A stretch of DNA of 52,957 nt from Octopus bimaculoides (Eukaryota): assembly GCF_001194135.2 (NCBI RefSeq), contig NC_068988.1, positions 15,718,111 to 15,771,067 of the forward strand, in the 5' to 3' direction. A model generated the notes under the pieces. It had not been told where the DNA came from and ran no database searches. It was given only the letters and a program-made list of their open reading frames with translations. How positions within the stretch are numbered: position 1 is the first letter of the stretch; each line of letters begins with the position of its first letter. Position numbers and translations under genes: made by a program. This document shows, in pieces, positions 48,286 through 52,957 of this stretch.

Positions 48286-51200
48286 ATATGAAAATGAAAA
48301 TAAAGCCGAGTATAGGAGATGATGATGATGATGATGATATTCAGAATGTTAAATAAAATTGTCTGAAAAATGTACTTTAATTTAATTTTAAAGGAAATGT
48401 TTTCAGAATAACCAACTGAAGACATGGTGAGGCCGTGCACAGCTGGTAAGTGGATCCTTAATTCTGCTTATATATAGCATTTTAGGCTGTGGCTAATACA
48501 TCTGTTCTGATTTGATTGTTCTTTAGGTTTAGCGCAAGGAGCTCATGGTCTGATAACTCAAGAGTGAAGATTAAACATTGAGATTTATCTACTGAATTGG
48601 CATTTACACTGTTGTTGTCTCCCTTAGTATACAAGCTCTTTATTCAGACATTAGCCTTTAGTTGACAGAGTGTATCAAATTTGCATGAATTATGAAAATT
48701 TAATGTCAATGCATTGAATATAAAGGTAGGTCCTACATCAGTTGGTATATGCGTGTGTGTGTATAGGCATACATACATATATATATATATACACACACAC
48801 ACACATCATCATCATCGTTTAATGTCCGCTTTCCATGCTAGCATGGGTTGGACGATTTGACTGAGGACTGGTGAAACCAGATGGCTACACCAGGCTCCAA
48901 TCTGATTTGGCAGAGTTTCTACAGCTGGATGCCCTTCCTAATGCCAACCACTCCGAGAGTGTAGTGGGTGCTTTTACATGCCACCGGCACGAAGGCCAGT
49001 CAGGCGGTACTGGCAACGGCCACGCTCAAAATGGTGTATCTTATGTGCCATATATATGTATACATCATCATCATCATTTAGTGTCTGCTTTCCATACTGG
49101 CATGGGTTAGATGATTTGAATAGAACTGGTAAGCTTGAGAGCTGCACCAAGTTCCAGTTTGGTTTGGCATGGTTTCTACAGCTGGATGCCCTTCTAATAT
49201 TTAGGCATATAAACCCAAGATGGGAAAAAAATGGGTTTACATCCCTGTAACTTAGTGGTTCAGTGGCAAGAGAGATCGATAGATTAAGTACCAGACTTAA
49301 CAAAAAAAAAAAGTGATAGGGTTGATTCATTCAACTAAAAATTCTTGAAGGTGGTGCCCCAGCATGGCTGCAGTCTAATGACTGAAACAAGTAAAAGGAC
49401 AACAGGAAAAAAAAAAGGACAAACACACACACACTTTATAGTTTAGCCAACCCATAGTGATGACTTTATCCCTGTAAACAATGCTCTACAGTTAATTATC
49501 CTATATAACATTAAATTAATTACCTCAATATTTATTAACTTAGAAGAGGTTTTATAATAACCATTCAGAGCTAACAGATGATAAACTAAGACAATATATG
49601 TATTGATTAAAGTCTGTCAGTTTGCTTTGTTTACAATTCATTCATAAGTCAGCCGAATATTGTGTTAACAATTGAGGACACTATTATATATCAATACAAT
49701 ACAACTTCGATTATGAAGAAAATGTGTGTGGCAGTTGCGAACGAAAAATAATTCAACCACTAGACAGAATAAACAGTTGAAATAATTTCTATAAATATTA
49801 AAGGTTGAATATATAAGATGTGAAGTAACACAGTGGGGCTAACCAAAAAGAAATAAGTGTGTGTGTGCATATGTGATTATTCTTCTATTCTTCATCATCA
49901 CTTTAATACCTATTGGATGGTCTTTGAGGCAGCAAGCTGGTATAGAACCATCAGCATACTAGGTGAAATGCTTAGCGGCATTTTGTCTGTCTAAGTTCTG
50001 AGCCAAATTTCCACAGAGGCTGACTTTGGCTTTCATCCTTTTGGGGGTCAGTAGAATAAATACCAGTTGAGTACTGGGGTTGATGTAATCAACTCCCTCC
50101 CCCCCCCAAAAAAAAATTTGAAATCAGTATCTATTGGATGGCTTGTAAGTATAGGAATTCATTGCTCAGCTCAGTCTTGTGTCATCTCATCTGTGAGGCG
50201 CATCATCCTAGGATCTGATTTTACCTCTTCCTCCAGAGCTGCCACTGCTGTTGCTGCTACTACTACACCACATACATGCATGCACCAAGCTTTTGTTTTA
50301 TGCACATTTTCCCCGACATCATCATCGTTGTTTAACGTCCACTTTCCATGCTAGCATGGGTTGGACGATTTGACTGAGGACTGGTGAAACCAGATGGTTA
50401 TACCAGGCTCCAATCTGATTTGGCAGAGTTTCTACAGCTGGATGCCCTTCCTAACGCCAACCACTCCGAGAGTGTAGTGGGTGCTTTTACGTGCCACCGG
50501 CATGAAGGCCAGTCAGGTGGTACTGGCAACGGCCACGCTCAAAATGGTGTCTTTTACGTGCCACCTGCACAGGAGCCAGTCAAGTGGCACTGGCAACGAT
50601 CTCGCTCGAATGTCTTCACACATGCCATCCGGCACAAGTGACAGGGAGGCAATGCTGGGCACAAGTGCCATGACGATTTCGCTTTCGCTTGACCCAACAG
50701 GTCTTCGCAAGCCGAGGTGTTATTTCAAAGCTGGATGCACTTCTTACCTTTACCTGTCTTCAAATAAGAAATATTTTATTCCACTTGTCTTCGAAAGTAC
50801 AGAGCTAGAGAATAATTTAACAAGTAATACCAACATAATGTCACTGTTTTTGTGCAAATGATTTCATGTGAAGACACAGAATATAAACATTAACACAGAT
50901 ACAGGGAGGTGGAGTGAAGGATTTGGAATTGGAAGTAATAATGAGCACCATTGAGCGTGATTGTTACCAACATCATCTTCCTGGCACTTGTGCCAGTGGC
51001 ACGTGAAAAGACATTCAAGCGAGTTCGGTGCCGGTACCGCTGGACTGGCTCGACTAAAAAGCAGTGCTCCAGCATGGCTGTAGTCAAATGACTGAAACAA
51101 GTAAAAGAGAGTAAAGAATATATGTATGTGTGTGTGTGTGTGTGTGTGTATTGAACTTGTAGAAGAGGGAGACCCAAGAAAACATGGGACAAAGTACGGA

Positions 51201-51708
51201 AGGATGACCTCAGGACACTGAGCTTTATGGAGGAGATGACAAACTGTCCTCCGCAGCAGATGTGTTAATGCAGCTGTCCCTGCTGATGAGGATTGACCTA
51301 CAAGAGCCCTGTGCTGGTGTCACATAAAAACACCCATGTTGGGGGCCATATAAAAAGCTCCAGTGCTAGTGCCACATAATAGCACCTGTGATAGCGCCAT
51401 GTAAAAAGCATCTGTTCTGGTGCCACGTAAAAGGCACCCAGCACACTCGGTAAAGTGGTTGGCATTAGGAAGGGGGTCCAGCTGTAAAAACGAAGTCCAA
51501 TCAGACTGGAACCGTGTGCAGCTCTCCTGCTTGCCAGCCCTGGTCAAACCATCCAACCCATGCCAGCATGGAAAACTGATGATAAATGATGATGATGATG
51601 ATATAACTGATTAATATATCTGAAATGTCTTGATAGCCAAATGGTTTGGTTTAACTAATGATATGCACTGATGATTAAGATCAACAAGAAAACAACAAAG
51701 ATACTCAC

Positions 51709-51934
51709 CCAATTATCAGGGAAATATTTATCAACAATCTCTCTCATTTTGGCTTGCTGGTTGTGGAGTATCTCTGGTTCAAAATAAAGAATCACATACA
51801 ACATGCTAGCTTGGGTAGCAAGAGCAGTAGACCGGTGTTCAGGAAGTGGGTACGCAGCCACCTGGTTGTAAATGTCATCTGAACGAAGTCGGCCAATTAC
51901 CATACTGATAAATATATTGTTAATGGGAACTCGG
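51709..51934 (-). CDS. WASHC5: WASHC5 coding exon A (most 5' exon in window)
   Basis: ttccag|C CGA...; [75 protein letters not shown]|gtgagt; starts phase 2, ends phase 0. Confidence 0.96.
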
Positions 51935-52838
51935 CTGGAAAAAACAGAACAGAGACAGAATTGGTATTGAGTCCTGCATTTTGCTATCTTTCAGTTCAAG
52001 TAATTTTTTTTATTTATATGTTTTATTTATAAAATTCATTTGTTAATTTGTTTGCTTTACAGCCACTTTTCAATACTGACATGGGTTAGGCGGATATTTA
52101 CTTAAGGCAATATTTTACAACTTGTTTGCCTTCAAGTAATGGATTTTTTCTTATTTCACTCAGCTTCAAAACTGAGTCACAGGATGTAATGGTCACTAGG
52201 AATGTAAACATGACAACAGTTTTTAGCCCAGGTGAAGAAGTAGAAATAATTTGATGCACACACATACACACACACACGTGCTCATGTGTTTGTGTGTGTG
52301 CATAAAGTTACTTCTGCCTTTTTGCTTGAGCTAAAAATAGTATATCCATACATTTGGGGATATAGCTGCAAATCTTTGTCTATAACTTTAAAAACAGGTA
52401 GAGATGAATCAAACTGATATGAATGACTTACTGCTTCAACTAAATGTGTGCTATTTTCATGTTTGTCCACTAATTTGTACATACATACATATATATAGCA
52501 ACATCATCTCCTTCATTGGACACTAGACTTGGCTTGCGAAGCGAAATCGTGATGGCACCTGTGCCCAGCGTCGCCTTGCTGGCACTTGTGCTGGTGGCAC
52601 GTGAAAAGACATTCGAGCAAGATCGTTGCCAGTGCTGCTGGACTGGCTCCTGTGAAAGTGGTACGTAAAAGCACCCACTACACTCTCTGAGTGGTTGGCG
52701 TTAGGAAGAGCATCCAGCTGTAGAAACTCTGTTAAATCAGATTGGAGCCTGGTGTAACCACCTGGTTCACCAGTCCTCAGTCAAATCGTCCAACCGATGC
52801 TCGCATGGAAAGCTGACATTAAACGATGATGCTGATGA

Positions 52839-52869
<31 letters not shown>

Positions 52870-52957
52870 CATGAAATCTTTCGAGCGAGATCGTTGCCGG
52901 TGCCCCTGGGCTGGCTCGTGTGCGGGTAACACATGGAATCTTTCGGGCGGGATCGTT

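Larger units (their letters stand above)
2588..51934 (-). other. WASHC5: WASHC5 (strumpellin, WASH complex subunit 5) gene span within the window; incomplete at both ends
   Basis: 21 minus-strand exons; every visible junction is AG/GT with matching phase. The joined frame contains motifs I recognise from human strumpellin, e.g. [63 protein letters not shown] and [10 protein letters not shown]. 2658 coding nt are visible and about 50 more are in a gap. Confidence 0.97.

Noticed and set aside
48871-49110. Recurring ORF MKPDGYTRLQSDLAEFLQLDALPNANHSESVVGAF (also 11444, 20350, 50384) as a gene family
   Set aside because: It is the antisense reading of the family-2 repeat; the frames diverge or stop at different places in each copy.

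Overview
This is AT-rich, repeat-dense eukaryotic genomic DNA with six N gaps. The microsatellite and SINE content suggests an octopus or related cephalopod (inference). The backbone is one minus-strand gene, WASHC5 (strumpellin/KIAA0196/SPG8, a WASH complex subunit). I traced 21 coding exons by hand from 51934 down to 2588. They splice GT-AG with consistent phases into one frame covering roughly residues 214-1110 of the human protein as I recall it. The N-terminal and last C-terminal exons lie outside the window, and part of one exon is hidden in gap 31489-31710. Almost all other ORFs in the supplied track are repeat or microsatellite artefacts. The introns hold at least four SINE-like families, RTE and R4/Dong LINE fragments, hAT- and piggyBac-type MITEs, a 34-bp minisatellite and a broken SAP-domain ORF. 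The most unusual object is a ~450-bp head-to-head foldback element at 3223-3674. It is flanked by a 12-bp target-site duplication and joins a tRNA-like Pol III head to a Penelope-type minimal hammerhead-ribozyme motif in each arm. A non-repetitive CpG-rich island at 46930-47165 may be an internal promoter, first exon or cassette exon.
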